Origin: Veleropilina oligotropha
Taxonomy: Eukaryota
Assembly: GCA_048128005.1 (NCBI GenBank)
Contig: JBEUKZ010000130.1
Span: 124,001-188,000, forward strand
Length of the DNA stretch: 64,000 bases
Reading direction: 5' to 3'
Part shown: one piece after another, positions 50,983 through 62,749 of the stretch
How positions within the stretch are numbered: position 1 is the first letter of the stretch
Layout: each line of letters begins with the position of its first letter
Notes under the pieces: generated by a model
What the model saw: only the letters and a program-made list of their open reading frames with translations
What the model was told of the DNA's origin: nothing
The model's database searches: none
Translations under genes and position numbers: made by a program

Positions 50983-52917
50983 ATGCTACATCATGAATAT
51001 AAACAGCAATTGCAAATCCCACCACTTCTACCAAATAAACAGCCATATTCTCCAGCAGGTGGAGGAAAGTCTCTACTTAGGAGTGACTCTTTCACATACC
51101 TTAAAATTCAGTGCCCATATTAGGCTGCTGTTCCATAGGGATTGAACTGCATTTTGGTTGCGTTTATGCTGGTATGAATGAAACCAGCAATTACATCTTC
51201 TATGGTGCGTGCGAGCACTCCATTTAGAATATGTAATTGCTGGTTGCATTCATACCAGCATAAACGCAAACAAAATGCAGTTCAATCCTTATATTTATAT
51301 TAGTATTTAGCACAATCCCATAAAAATAAACATAATATTTTCGTTTGTTATGATGTAGTAATTGTTGTATATCGTCAGGTAACGTCCAATTAATGGAACA
51401 GCCTTTCTATCATGCAAAAATAGATCGTGTATTGATTTCAGTCTATGGTAAAAATAATGAACAATATTGTTAAATTCAATTCATAAATTTATTTGATATG
51501 AAATATATAATGCAAATTTTACATTAGAGACAAAACATTACATGTATAACAATTATATTATAATGAGACACATAGTGTGATATTACTACGCCTAGCCTAT
51601 TTTCTCTATTGCATTCATAGTAGTATGAATGCAATCAAATTGTAGTGAGCTAAATAGCGAACGATGTAAATATATAGGAATGAACCCTTCACTTTTCATT
51701 TTTACCCTTCACTTTTCATTTTTCACTCTTCGCCTGTCATGTGGCACGAGACATCAAAAGGTGGTTTACACGGTTCATTTTAACCACGTTCATTTACATT
51801 TACAGACCCTACCATTTTCTACTTGATCAGCCTGACGAACAGGTATTTTAAGTAAATGTACAAGCGTATGTCGTAGGCATATCACAGTTCCATCGAATTG
51901 CAGACATTAGTATACTGTATCATCTTCAAACAATTTGGGTGCAAATAGCGGAAACTGATTTCTGGGGAAGAGAAGTTTGTACTAATTTTAAAAATAAATA
52001 TACTGTATAAATATCTTGAAGTGACTTTATTATTTAAAGTCAATCGATAAACTCACAGAAAATCTAAAATCGTTGGGAGACACCGAAAACCATGCCTTTA
52101 AATGAAATATTTACAAGTTTTACTACACAAATAAGTATTTATTGACGGTTCAAGTCATAAAGAATGAACATGTTCATTCATCGATTCACGCTAGACTCAC
52201 GCATGACATTACGTGACACAAGACAGTCTGGTGGAAATTATAAAATGATCGCTTATGTGAATGGCTCATAGAAAATACATTGTTCATTAAGCATGAAAAA
52301 TGACAAATGACTCTGAAAAGTGAACTGCTATGTAACAGCAGCCTTACAAAAGTAACCAAGAAAGCCGGCCTGGTGCTTGGTTTCTTGAGGAGAAACCTCA
52401 AAGACTGCCCACTTAACTTCAGGAAAACAGCCCATCTCTCTTGTGAGATAAATCCTTGAATACAGTTCAGTAGTGTTGGGATCCATATGCATACACAATA
52501 ACGGCCATAGAGAAACTTGAACGCGTACAGAAGTGAGCATAAAGATTCATAACACGCGACCACTTCGCGAGATCAGGGATGCGTGATGAACATGCTAAAT
52601 GAATTGGGGCTTACCCCGCTCCAAGACAGGGGAAAAGTGAACAGACTAATTTTCTTCTACAAGGTGGTCGATGGGTTGGTGCCACTGCCAATTTAATTTA
52701 GCCTGCCTCATCAACAATTCTTAACAAAAATTTGACAAGAGTGACGTGAATTAATCCCATGAAATTCCAGGACTATGAAAGCCAAAATCTAATTGAAAAT
52801 TTTTCGTATAACATCTCCAAGGGCTTCAAACCATCAGTGTGCAATTCGGACCTACCGGTATTCAGAAACTTATTTTCCCTCGTAACACATTTGATTGGAA
52901 CAAAATCTAGGAAAATG

Positions 52918-53397
52918 CTGTGTGCACGACATCTGTGGCTGTGTGCGCGACATCTGTGGCTGTGTGCGCGACATCTGTGGCTGTGTGCGCGACATCTGTG
53001 GCTGCTTGCCGAGAAGCTGTCAGGCAGCAGGACTAATAACATATAGCTGCTGAGTGCGCGACATCTGTGGCTGCTTGCCGAGAAGCTGTCAGGCAGCAGG
53101 ACTAATAACATATAGCTGCTGAGTGCGCGACATCTGTGGCTGCTTTCAGAGTAGCTGTCAGGCAGCAGGACTAATAACATATAGCTGCCGAGTGCGCGAC
53201 ATCTGTGGCTGCTTTCAGAGTAGCTGTCAGGCAGCAGGACTAATAACATATAGCTGCTGAGTGCGCGACATCTGTGGCTGCTTTCAGAGTAGCTGTCAGG
53301 CAGCAGGACTAATAACATATAGCTGCTGAGTGCGCAACATCTGTGGCTGCTTGCCGAGAAGCTGTCAGGCAGCAGGACTAATAACATATAGCTGCTG
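52918..53397. repeat. Compound minisatellite: 21-bp x4 then 69-bp x6, at the C-terminus of the CR1 remnant
   Basis: The 21-mer tgtgtgcgcgacatctgtggc is the start of the 69-mer. The 69-mers start at 52983, 53052, 53121, 53190, 53259 and 53328. Confidence 0.93.
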
Positions 53398-53775
53398 CAT
53401 TCTCTCTCCCGTCTCGTTTATGCGCTAACCGGATTTACGTCAACTCATACCAGAGTGACGTCGTATCAAGTAAAATCTTAGCAAATGTATGCCCTAACTG
53501 GATTATGTAAACTCATACCCGAGTGAAGTCGTACGAAGTAAAGTCTTAGCAAATTTTAAATCTTTGTTGGAAAATTGAAAAATTGAAAAATTTGCCCCAC
53601 ACTTAAATTGGCATACTACTTAACAGATTGACCAAAAGTTTATTATGCAAGATATTCATCTTCTGAATTGTCTTCTTTCATGATGGCAATGTCATCCTAA
53701 TCTGTAAGGCTGCTGTCACATAGGAGTTAACTTTTCACTACTCATCCGTCATTTTTCACGCTTCATTCATGACCT

Positions 53776-54045
53776 GGCCACTTCGACAGTATAGTGGCAT
53801 CGGTTGTGGACTCCGAAAATCACTGAATTGATTCCACTTACGCGAACAATAGTGGGTTCAAACCTCGACAGGGGCAGCACACATTTGTTCAAATTATGAA
53901 TCACAGTTGTTTGTAACTGGTCGGAGAGGGCGGGTTTCCCCGAGCGACCGAGCTTTCCTCACGCGATACTATGGACATGTCCTGCTTTGAACCAAATGAT
54001 GGTTGGAAATATACAGGACATTAGGCATCAATCCTTTCTTTCCTT
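53776..54045 (+). mobile_element. tRNA-headed SINE, subfamily A, with 14-bp TSD
   Basis: TSD ttcattcatgacct (53762-53775) / ttcattcgtgacct (54046-54059). Confidence 0.87.
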
Positions 54046-54747
54046 TTCATTCGTGACCTGAAGAATAGACAATGCATTTTCAATGAACCGTTCACATAGG
54101 CTTTCATTTTCTAAACTCCACTAAATTGTTTTGTGTCACGTCATTTCATGCGTGAGTCTAGCGTGAATTGACTGTTCATTCCGACAAGTATTGTATTATA
54201 AAACTTGTAAGTATGCCACTCCATGGCACGTTTCTCTGTGTATCCCAACGATTTTAGATTTTCGGTGAGTTACCCTAACGTTTTTCGATTGAAATGAACA
54301 AATAAAGTCACTTTAAGATATTTATACAGTATTTTTATTTTTAAAGTTAGTATTTTTATGTCTTGACCTTTTTGTGAATACGGTGGATTGAATACCGAAT
54401 CAATAACGTTATGAGGTATTCAATCCAACGTATTTACCAAGACGACATTGTTCGACAATGTATTTATCTTGATTTTACCTTGATTAACAGAGTCTTGATT
54501 TCGTCCATAACACTTGTTAGCAGTCATTTGCATTTACCTATCTACGGTGTCAGTAAGGCCGAGTTATTTCCCTTGACGGCCAGTTAGCAAATGAGAACAG
54601 AGGATTATGACGTTGTTTAAGAATCCATAAACAACGGGTGGTAGGTGTATACGGTAAGTTAACAAAATGACGTCAGCCAATCAGAACAGAGTATTTGCGG
54701 CGAAATCAAGATAAGTATATTTAACAGTGTACGGTAATCAATGTAAA

Positions 54748-55300
54748 ACTAGAGTTAACACAGGAGTGATCATATGTCCCCACAAATAATATGGTAGTTA
54801 AGGAGCGGAAGGGGAATTTTGGACCGAATGCAGTCTAACGTGAAACGTAGGTCGCGGTAACCTACTTTTGGTACGCGACACACATTTGTGCTATGATGTG
54901 TCCCCATTGCAAATTTTGTGTCCCTCGGTCATATAGTATGGGAGATATGGAGCAAAAGGGAATTTTGGACCAAATGCGGTCAAGCTTGAAAAGTAGGTCA
55001 CAGTGACCTACTTTCAGAACGCGACACACCTTTGGGTTATGACGCATAGACACATCAAGTTTCATGTCCTTCGGTCAAATAGTATGGGAGATATGAAGCA
55101 GAAGGGAATTTTGGACCAAATGCGGACAAGCTTGAAAAGTAGGTCGCGGTGACCTACTTTCAGAACGCGAAGCACCTTTGGGTTATAATGCATCGACACA
55201 TCAAGTTTCGTGTCCCTATGCAAAATGGTATCGGAGATATGGAGCGGAAGGGAATTTGCAACTATGTGCCCTCCTAAACTTCGTTTGTGGGGGCATAATT
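54748..55300. mobile_element. Helentron/HINE-like element with ~126-bp repeats
   Basis: aactagag start, units aagggaattttggaccaaatgcgg..., terminal hairpin tgccctc..gggggca. The same repeat family occurs inverted at 63147-63760. Confidence 0.65.
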
Positions 55301-55610
55301 ATTAAATTCTAACAACTATTTTTTCATATAAATGCTTAATTAATATCTGATTGTCTATATGTGTACAGTAGTTAATCGAAGTCATTGCGAATTTTACAAT
55401 TTAAATGAGAAAAATAGGACCAGTCTGGTTAGGACTTGATTTGGTATGACTTCACCCACAGGGGCCTGTATCGCTGCTTATCATTCATCTGTTTACGTTT
55501 GACGATTAGCGCAGTTCACTGTAGCTATATAATATAGCGATACAGGCCCCTGTTACTTCACCTCCCCCCTAACCGATCATGCGATGCAACCTTCAGATTC
55601 AGGTCATGAA

Positions 55611-55868
55611 TGGAGGAATGATGCTTAATGTCCTGTATATTTACAACATTGAGGTTCAAGGCAGGACATGTCCGTGTTATCGCGGGAGGAAACCCCGGTC
55701 GCCCGGGTAAACCCGCCCTCTTCGGCCAGTCACGGACAACTGTGATTCATAACTTGAACAAATTTCAACGCCTCAGCCAGGTATTGAACCCACTACTGTT
55801 CGCATTAGCGGAATCAAGCCAGTGAATTTAGAGTGGACACTTTTACCCACTACGCTGCCGAAGCGGCC
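55611..55868 (-). mobile_element. tRNA-headed SINE, subfamily B, full length with 12-bp TSD
   Basis: Perfect TSD tcaggtcatgaa (55599-55610 and 55869-55880). Head GGCCGCTTCGGCAGCGTAGTGG (A-box-like) ... GGTTCAATACC (B-box-like). Confidence 0.9.
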
Positions 55869-56189
55869 TCAGGTCATGAAGAACCTTCCTTAATATATAA
55901 GGATTTAGCATGCGTGAGAGTAAAAACGTCTTTTTCATTGCGGAGAATCTTTTTCTAAAACTTAAAGCTTTCTGAGCTTCTTTTGGTATTTTGGCTGATT
56001 TATACTGGATCTATTTTGGCCACACGAATTCCACAACTGGTTTGGATCAGGTGTTTTGAAGGAAATTGACATTTAAACTCATTTTGAAACTTTTTCTGCC
56101 CCGCTCACCCCAACTTCCGGTTTGGAATATATGTAAACAAGATGCTGTTTTTGATACTGGTTTTGTTGTACTGCTTCTTGTCCACCACC

Positions 56190-59100
56190 GAGCAGCCACG
56201 TACCAGATGCGGTCCCTCACTCGACGTCAACATAGGCTAACTGCATTCTAGAATGCACCGCCCATCAGTCCACGGTGTGAAAGTACTCATGAAGAGAGGC
56301 AGATGTGATCACCTCCGGTACATCAACCTCCTGTTACTGATGCGTTCGTCAGACTGTGAGTCCACCCTGGTCCCCGTGCACCAAAATATCCATGTCAGGT
56401 ATGTAACCAGGCCTGTAAGTGGGGTCAACGCGCCATCGCATGTGACAACTGTGAACTATGTATAGGGATGGGAAGCAACATCTATGGCTACCACATCCGT
56501 TTCTCTAACACAAGCTGGATCTGCTGCACATGTGGCCTCCCCAACTTTTCCATGTCACTTTTTGACTCTTTTGTTGTTGATATACCTAACTCCATCGATG
56601 CATTAAGCTCTCTTGGCGAATGCAGCATATGCAGATCCTCAACACAGGATCCAGGCTCACCCCTGCTGGCCTCCTCTCCTAAGGCTAACAAAAAACCAGC
56701 CCTGACAACGCCAAAGCACCGCTTCCGAGTTGTGTCCCTCAACCTAGAGAGCATAAGAGCTAAGAAGTCGAGCCTCGTGAATCTTACAGAATCAGCAGCT
56801 CCAGACATCCTTGTCGGAACGGAAACTTGGCTCCGTCCAGACATACACAACAGTGAATTCACACCACCAGGCTACGCAGTCATATCCCGACGTGACCGGG
56901 AAGATGGCTATGGTGGCGTTATAATCATGTCTAAGACCAACATCCCATGTATGACGTGAGGAACTATATAACTCCAAGGACACAGAGTTGGTAGCAGTTT
57001 CAGTCAAGAGAGGCAAAACTCCACCACTGATAATCACAGGGTTATATAGACCACCAAGAAGTGACTACCAGTATGCAGAACAGGTATGTGATGAGCTGCA
57101 CCATCTAAACCAAGCAAGAAAGTCCCCATTTTGGCTGACAGGCGTTTTCAACCTCCCAGGTATCTCCTGGACATCTAACACCACCGAAGGGAACCAGAAC
57201 CCCAGATTGGTTAACAACGCCTTCCTGAACATGGCATCAGATATGAGCCTCCAACAGATGGTTGACTTCCCCACAAGGAACAATGCCACACTAGACCTCT
57301 TTCTGACATATACGCCGTCACTCATAAACCTGCTGAAAACCATACCTGGCATCAGCGACCTCGAAGTACTTTTCATTGATAGTGCTGTACAGGTGGACCT
57401 ACAGAGGCCCGCCCGCAGAAAGATCTACATGTGGAATAGAGCCAGCCTAGACAACTTACGTGAGAGTGTCAACCTTTGTAGGGCACTTCATACAGCAGTG
57501 CAAGACTCCAGACCCGGTTAATGACCTCTGGGGTAAGATTAAGAGGGAATATCTCAACACCTTAGGTGACCATGTCCCATCCAAAATGACATCACAGAGG
57601 TACAACCAACCACGGATAACAAAGGACCTGAAGAAAATGTCACGCCGGAAGAAGCGAGCCTACAAACAGTTCAGGTCCACGGGTGCAGCAATAGACCTCA
57701 AAGCATAAAAGAATCTGAAGGGTGTCGTTCCCCATCAGTGCAAGGAGCGATACAACGACTACGTCTACAGTATTGTGATTGATGAAGACCAGCAACCAAA
57801 GCGCCTGTGGATCGAGCTTCATCAAGAGCAAGAAAATGGATGCCAGTAAGGATGAAAGTGGAAATCCTGAGTGACCAGTTTGTGTCAGCCTTCACCACAG
57901 AAGATACCAACAAGGCAATGCCCAACATGGGCCCCAGCCAGCACCCTACAGTGCCAGACATTCATGTAAGTGAAGCTGGAGTGCTGAAGCTACTATGTAA
58001 CCTCAACCCGCACAAGTCTACAGGACCAGACCAGATCTCACCAAGACTCTTGAAAGAGACTGCCAGCCAGATCTGCCCAGCCATGATGATGCTTTTCCAG
58101 GCTTCTCTACTACAGTGTACGGTGCCAGATGACTGGAGAGAAGCAGACATATCCCCAATCTTCAGGAAAGGAGATAAAAGCGCCGCAGTCAACCACCGCC
58201 AAGTCTCTTGGACATCAGTATGCATCATGGTAATGGAACACATCATCAACCACATGGACAGTCACAGCACATTGTCTGATGCTCAGCATGGTTTCAGAAA
58301 ACGTAGGTCGACAAACTCAGCTGATCCTCTCCATCCAAGATCTGGCCAAGAGTATCGACCATAGGGAACAGGTGGACTGCGTCGTGTTAGATTTTTCCAC
58401 GGTGTTTGACAAGGTGCCACATCAACGCCTCCTGATGAAACTTCACCACTATGGTGTGCGAGGAAAGCTCCAGCACTGGATCGAGAGTTTCCTTAGGGAT
58501 CGCACCCAACGTGTCTTACTGAATGGACAATCATCACCACCAGTGACAGTTACATCAGGAGTACCTCAGGGTACCATACTAGGTCCACTGCTCTTTCTTC
58601 TGTTTATAAATGACCTGCCAGACTCTGTCAAATCCACCGCCAAACTGTTTGCGGATGATTGCCTCCTTTACCGGCGCATTAGAACAGCAGAAGACCAATG
58701 TCAACTACAACAAGATCTTGACAACCTCCAAAAGTGGGAAGCATCCTGGCTGATGAGTTTCAACCCTGACAAGTGTGAGGTTCTTCAAGTAACCAACATG
58801 AAGAAACCATCCAACTTTGACTACATCATTCATGAGCAAGTCCTGAAGAATGCCGACTCAGTAAGATACCTGGGCTTAAACCTTCACAGGTCTCTCAGCT
58901 GGGACCACCACACATCAGCATCATCACCAAGAAGGCAAATTCCACATTAGCCTTTCGCGGCCGTAACATCAGCTGCTGCCCAACACACATCAAGGCACAG
59001 GGCTATAAGACTCTGGTAAGACCATCAGTGGAATATGCTGCAACCGTCTGGAGCCCACTCAAGCAAGACAGTATCCACAGAGTTGAAGCTGTCCAGCGAA

Positions 59101-59660
59101 GAGCCACCAGGTTTGCCATTGGAGACTACAGGAGAACCAGCAGTGTAACATCAATGCTAACACAACTTCAGTGGGAAACACTCCAGTCCAGACGCAGAGC
59201 AGCCCATGCCACCATGATGTACAAGATAGCGCATTGCTTTGTCAACATCCCGGCAGACCAATTCCTACAGCCTGTTACATGACAGACTGGTGGGCATGGC
59301 CAACGCTACCTTGTGCCACACTCAAGGTAAATGGTATACCAGGCATCCTTCTTCCCCCAGTCCATCTGCTTATGGAACCATCTACTGGAGTATGCAGTGA
59401 GTGCAGCCACTCTGGACAGCTTCAAGACCAAGCTGTCCATGGAGCAGCTCCACTACAAGTGACAAATTTTTTAACCTGTTTTTAAACACACTGTAAATAG
59501 ACATTTTTACTCTCACGTCAGTGCGAAAATCCTTAAGTGGTCTGCACTAGATGGTATGCCAGAGTTCAAATCAAACATCAGGAACAATTAGCCGCTCTCC
59601 AACCCGGGATATGATACTCAACTTGAGTTAATCCCGGCAACCAAACAGATACAGATACAC
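56190..59660 (+). mobile_element. CR1-like LINE (PHD remnant, APE and RT; many stops and frameshifts), antisense in Hikeshi intron 1
   Basis: WICCTCGLPNF, GTETWL, YGGV, LYRPP, LDLFLT, GPDQISPRLLKE, QHGFR, DKVPH, GVPQGTILGP and FADDC motifs. (CAGATA)n tail at ~59645-59660. Confidence 0.9.
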
Positions 59661-59771
59661 TATACCGGTAGAAAAAGAGTGAATATTCTTCGACTTTTCA
59701 GTTTTAATTAACAGGTAAATTTATTGGACAACAAGGATAGTTTTAATTATGAAATACAACAATAGATTTAC

Positions 59772-59801
59772 CAGTCTGCCCGATACAATGATACCAAACA
59801 T
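59772..59801 (-). CDS. HIKESHI: Hikeshi coding exon 1 (MFGIIVSGRL)
   Basis: ATG TTT GGT ATC ATT GTA TCG GGC AGA CTG|gtaaat. Matches the conserved Hikeshi N-terminus (MFGxxVxGRL) and is phase 0 with exon 2. Full CDS 585 nt. Confidence 0.92.
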
Positions 59802-59888
59802 TCTTCGATCATTTACAGGCATGAAATGCAAATTATGAGGATCAAATAACGCAGATTAAAATCATAAAAATAAACAGGAAATGCAGGA

Positions 59889-59904
59889 GCGCCACCTAGT
59901 GTGG
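59889..59904. promoter_or_regulatory. Candidate CTCF-like site ~90 bp upstream of the Hikeshi ATG
   Basis: gcgccacctagtgtgg closely matches the CTCF core GCGCCACCTAGTGG and sits in otherwise AT-rich sequence. Confidence 0.4.
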
Positions 59905-60874
59905 AAATCTTAAACTAACACGTGCTTTTGCAAGCCGCAAACAATGTATGTCGCTATCAATAACATTAGCTTTGTGCTTTTATTTGGCTACTTTTATGAC
60001 GCCTTGAGATGGATATTCTGACATAGATCATTATAGAGTAGAATTTTTATTTAAATAATTGATATTCATTCTCTCCTTTACGACTATTGCACATGAAAGT
60101 GACAAAACTGAGTGTTCTTTTAAAGAAACTGGTGACGGGAGAAATTAAAAGCGAAGATTACAATCGCCAATTTCCTTTCAAAGAGTTTTATTCTAAATAT
60201 TACAAGTTGTCGTTTGGGTTGCATATTATATTTAGCATTATTATTTTACGATAAAATACAGACAGATAGTCATACCAAGGTAGTAGTACTCCTATAGGTT
60301 ACATACTATCATTGACATAGTTACACACTAACATAGGACTAGGCATATTATATTATATGGGTCCCTGTTGGTCTGATTGCATACCATGGAGCAGCGTTGG
60401 AGTTAGTCCGATAAATCTGCCCCTATTTACAAGCTCGAAATCCTGACGTTGGAGTAACTGCGATAGTTAAAATTCAATATTGATACCTTAAATTATGGCA
60501 TAATTGATAGCATTGATAACGTCTCGATTCAGTATGCGGATACAAGGGCGACGATCGACGTACCGTACGGCGTACCCGAGAATAAATACTTAGAAAACGT
60601 GAATCGAACTCCGTCATCCAGCACCATAAACGCTGTGTAGTTCCCGTCTTCTCTTTTTTTATGCTTCGAGTGTCATAGATCACGCATTTGTCCAAGATCA
60701 CTCATTTGTCCTAAGACTCCTCGATAGCTGAACTGGCCGGTACTGATCGAGGGTTAAAAACATTCAATGCATTGGTCAGTTGATAGCTAGCTAGGACGGC
60801 ATATCCGATGTACGTTCAAATGGCAGACATGGTATGAAGCTTAAAAGCAATGAATGGGATCGATCTCTTGAAAC

Positions 60875-61307
60875 CTGAGGCGCATTGCTTTCATTAAACT
60901 GTTTGCAACTTTTTCTGATTTACCAATGCAACGACATGCTATAAGGTAACGGTTGCGTAGCAATTGGTAGCATAAGATCTTTATACTACGTTTACAATCA
61001 ACAATGTCATCCAATGCACGTCAAGGGCAACGCTAGCTGACTACGAGTATCATTAACAGTGTAATGAACGATGAGCAAATCTGATATCCTAAAATACAAC
61101 GCACGCTAATTCTTCATGATTCTGTATGTTCTCTTCTTATGTTCATTCATTTAATAAATGTTGACCTAAAAGTAACGCAATTGTCTTCTTTTTGATGCCA
61201 AGTTATCAATCGCTTTTGACGTTATTTTATTACTTTGTCAATTGCTAGGCCGCTACGTAATAACCGTTAATGGTTGCAAAAAGTTTAATGAAAGCAATGC
61301 GCCTCAG
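60875..61307. mobile_element. MITE with ~35-bp TIRs (Harbinger-like)
   Basis: ctgaggcgcattgctttcattaaact..ttgcaac / gttgcaa..agtttaatgaaagcaatgcgcctcag. Confidence 0.75.
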
Positions 61308-61479
61308 TTACATGTCCTTCAAACGTAATAAATTCGGCAATCAACATATTAAGTTAATTAAGATCGTCGAGATATCGTAGCTATTCTGATAATATGTGAT
61401 AGGATTGTGGAGTAGGCCTACCATTCCGCGGCGACACTGTCAGTCAAACGTCTGTCGTGGTGCTGGATGGACATATTTT

Positions 61480-62745
61480 TTAATTGAATATTTTATTCAC
61501 CATACCATACATACATTATTACAATATACAAAATAAATATATACATACAGTCCGTAGTTGTGTTATGATTGGGACACCTAGAAACCCTCTCGGGCTTATA
61601 TTGTCACCCCTGGTTGTTATGAATATAATAGTTTCATAAAGTGTTATACATAGTTTCTAGTTAAATAGATTTTATAACGTGTTATGAATTGATATTTTGT
61701 TTTGGATGATGTAATGTTAGTTGGGAGCTGATTCCAGAGTCGGGGACCTTGACATTTAATTAAGAGTAACGTTATATACAATCTGCTTTTGATTTAAGGA
61801 AATTTTACTTGTTACGTGTGTTGTTATGATGAATTTCTGTGTTTCGACTAAAATAATTATTGAATGTGACAGGTAATTTATTCTCTTGGAATATATAGGT
61901 TGCCACTTGTAGCTTGTGTATGTCGAATAATGATAATTGGTTGATTTATCTCAGCAGTGGTGCCATGTGTTCAGTGGTGCCGTGTGTTCAGTGGTGCCGT
62001 GTGTTCAGTGGTGCCGTGTGTTCAGTGGTGCCGTGTGTTCAGTGGTGCCATGTGTTCAGTGGTGCCGTGTGTTCAGTGGTGCCGTGTGTTCAGTGGTGCC
62101 GTGTGTTCAGTGGTGCCGTGTGTTCAGTGGTGCCGTGTGTTCAGTGGTGCCGTGTGTTCAGTGGTGCCGTGTGTTCAGTGGTGCCGTGTGTTCAGTGGTG
62201 CCGTGTGTTCAGTGGTGCCGTGTGTTCAGTGGTGCCGTGTGTTCAGTGGTGCCGTGTGTTCAGTGGTGCCGTGTGTTCAGTGGTGCCGTGTGTTCAGTGG
62301 TGCCGTGTGTTCAGTGGTGCCGTGTGTTCAGTGGTGCCGTGTGTTCAGTGGTGCCGTGTGTTCAGTGGTGCCGTGTGTTCAGTGGTGCCGTGTGTTCAGT
62401 GGTGCCGTGTGTTCAAGGCAGCTGAAACGTAACAATTCTGATAGATTCCTTTTGAACAATAAATAATTTGTTCAATTTACTCGGTTATGTACTTGCCCAA
62501 ACGATGTTACAATATTTTAAGTATGGTAAAATGAGGCTATTGTACAGTGTGGGCAAAATAAACGAAGGAAGCGATTTTCTAAGATGACAGATGACACCAA
62601 TACTTTTTGAAACGTTATTACATAATATATTGTTGATGTGCGATTGCCAGTTTATATTTTGATCAAGTGTTACTCTGAGAAATTTTGTTTGTTCAACTTG
62701 TGATAATTTGTTTTCATCTATATATACATCAAAACCAGTTTTGGG
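61480..62745 (-). mobile_element. 3' fragment of a Crack-like LINE related to the 22-27 kb element
   Basis: KSIGVI..LRKSLPSFILPTLYNSLILPYLKYCNIVWAST matches the first element. The 3' UTR motif gaaaccct.tcgggctt is shared. Confidence 0.85.
61955..62415. repeat. 17-bp minisatellite x27 made from the LINE EHTAPL codons
   Basis: Unit cagtggtgccgtgtgtt. The reverse strand reads gaa cac acg gca cca ctg = EHTAPL. Confidence 0.95.
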
Positions 62746-62749
62746 GTAA

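Larger units (their letters stand above)
49080..53400 (+). mobile_element. Decayed CR1-like LINE ORF2 remnant broken by nested insertions
   Basis: NYRPVSFTC..CKVLEHIM..HGF (49090-49550), SGVPQGMVLGP and LFADDCL (49810-49910), YLGVTL (51075), LGFLRRNLK (52375), FPRN..DWN (52875). Confidence 0.8.

Noticed and set aside
52773..53387. 204-aa repeat ORF on the minus strand
   Set aside because: Translation of the 21/69-bp minisatellite.
55769..55868. tRNA gene
   Set aside because: A/B-box-like motifs are present, but the spacing is long, no cloverleaf was evident, and it is the head of a multi-copy element with a TSD.
61914..62466. Three overlapping Cys/Val-rich ORFs
   Set aside because: Translations of a 17-bp tandem repeat.
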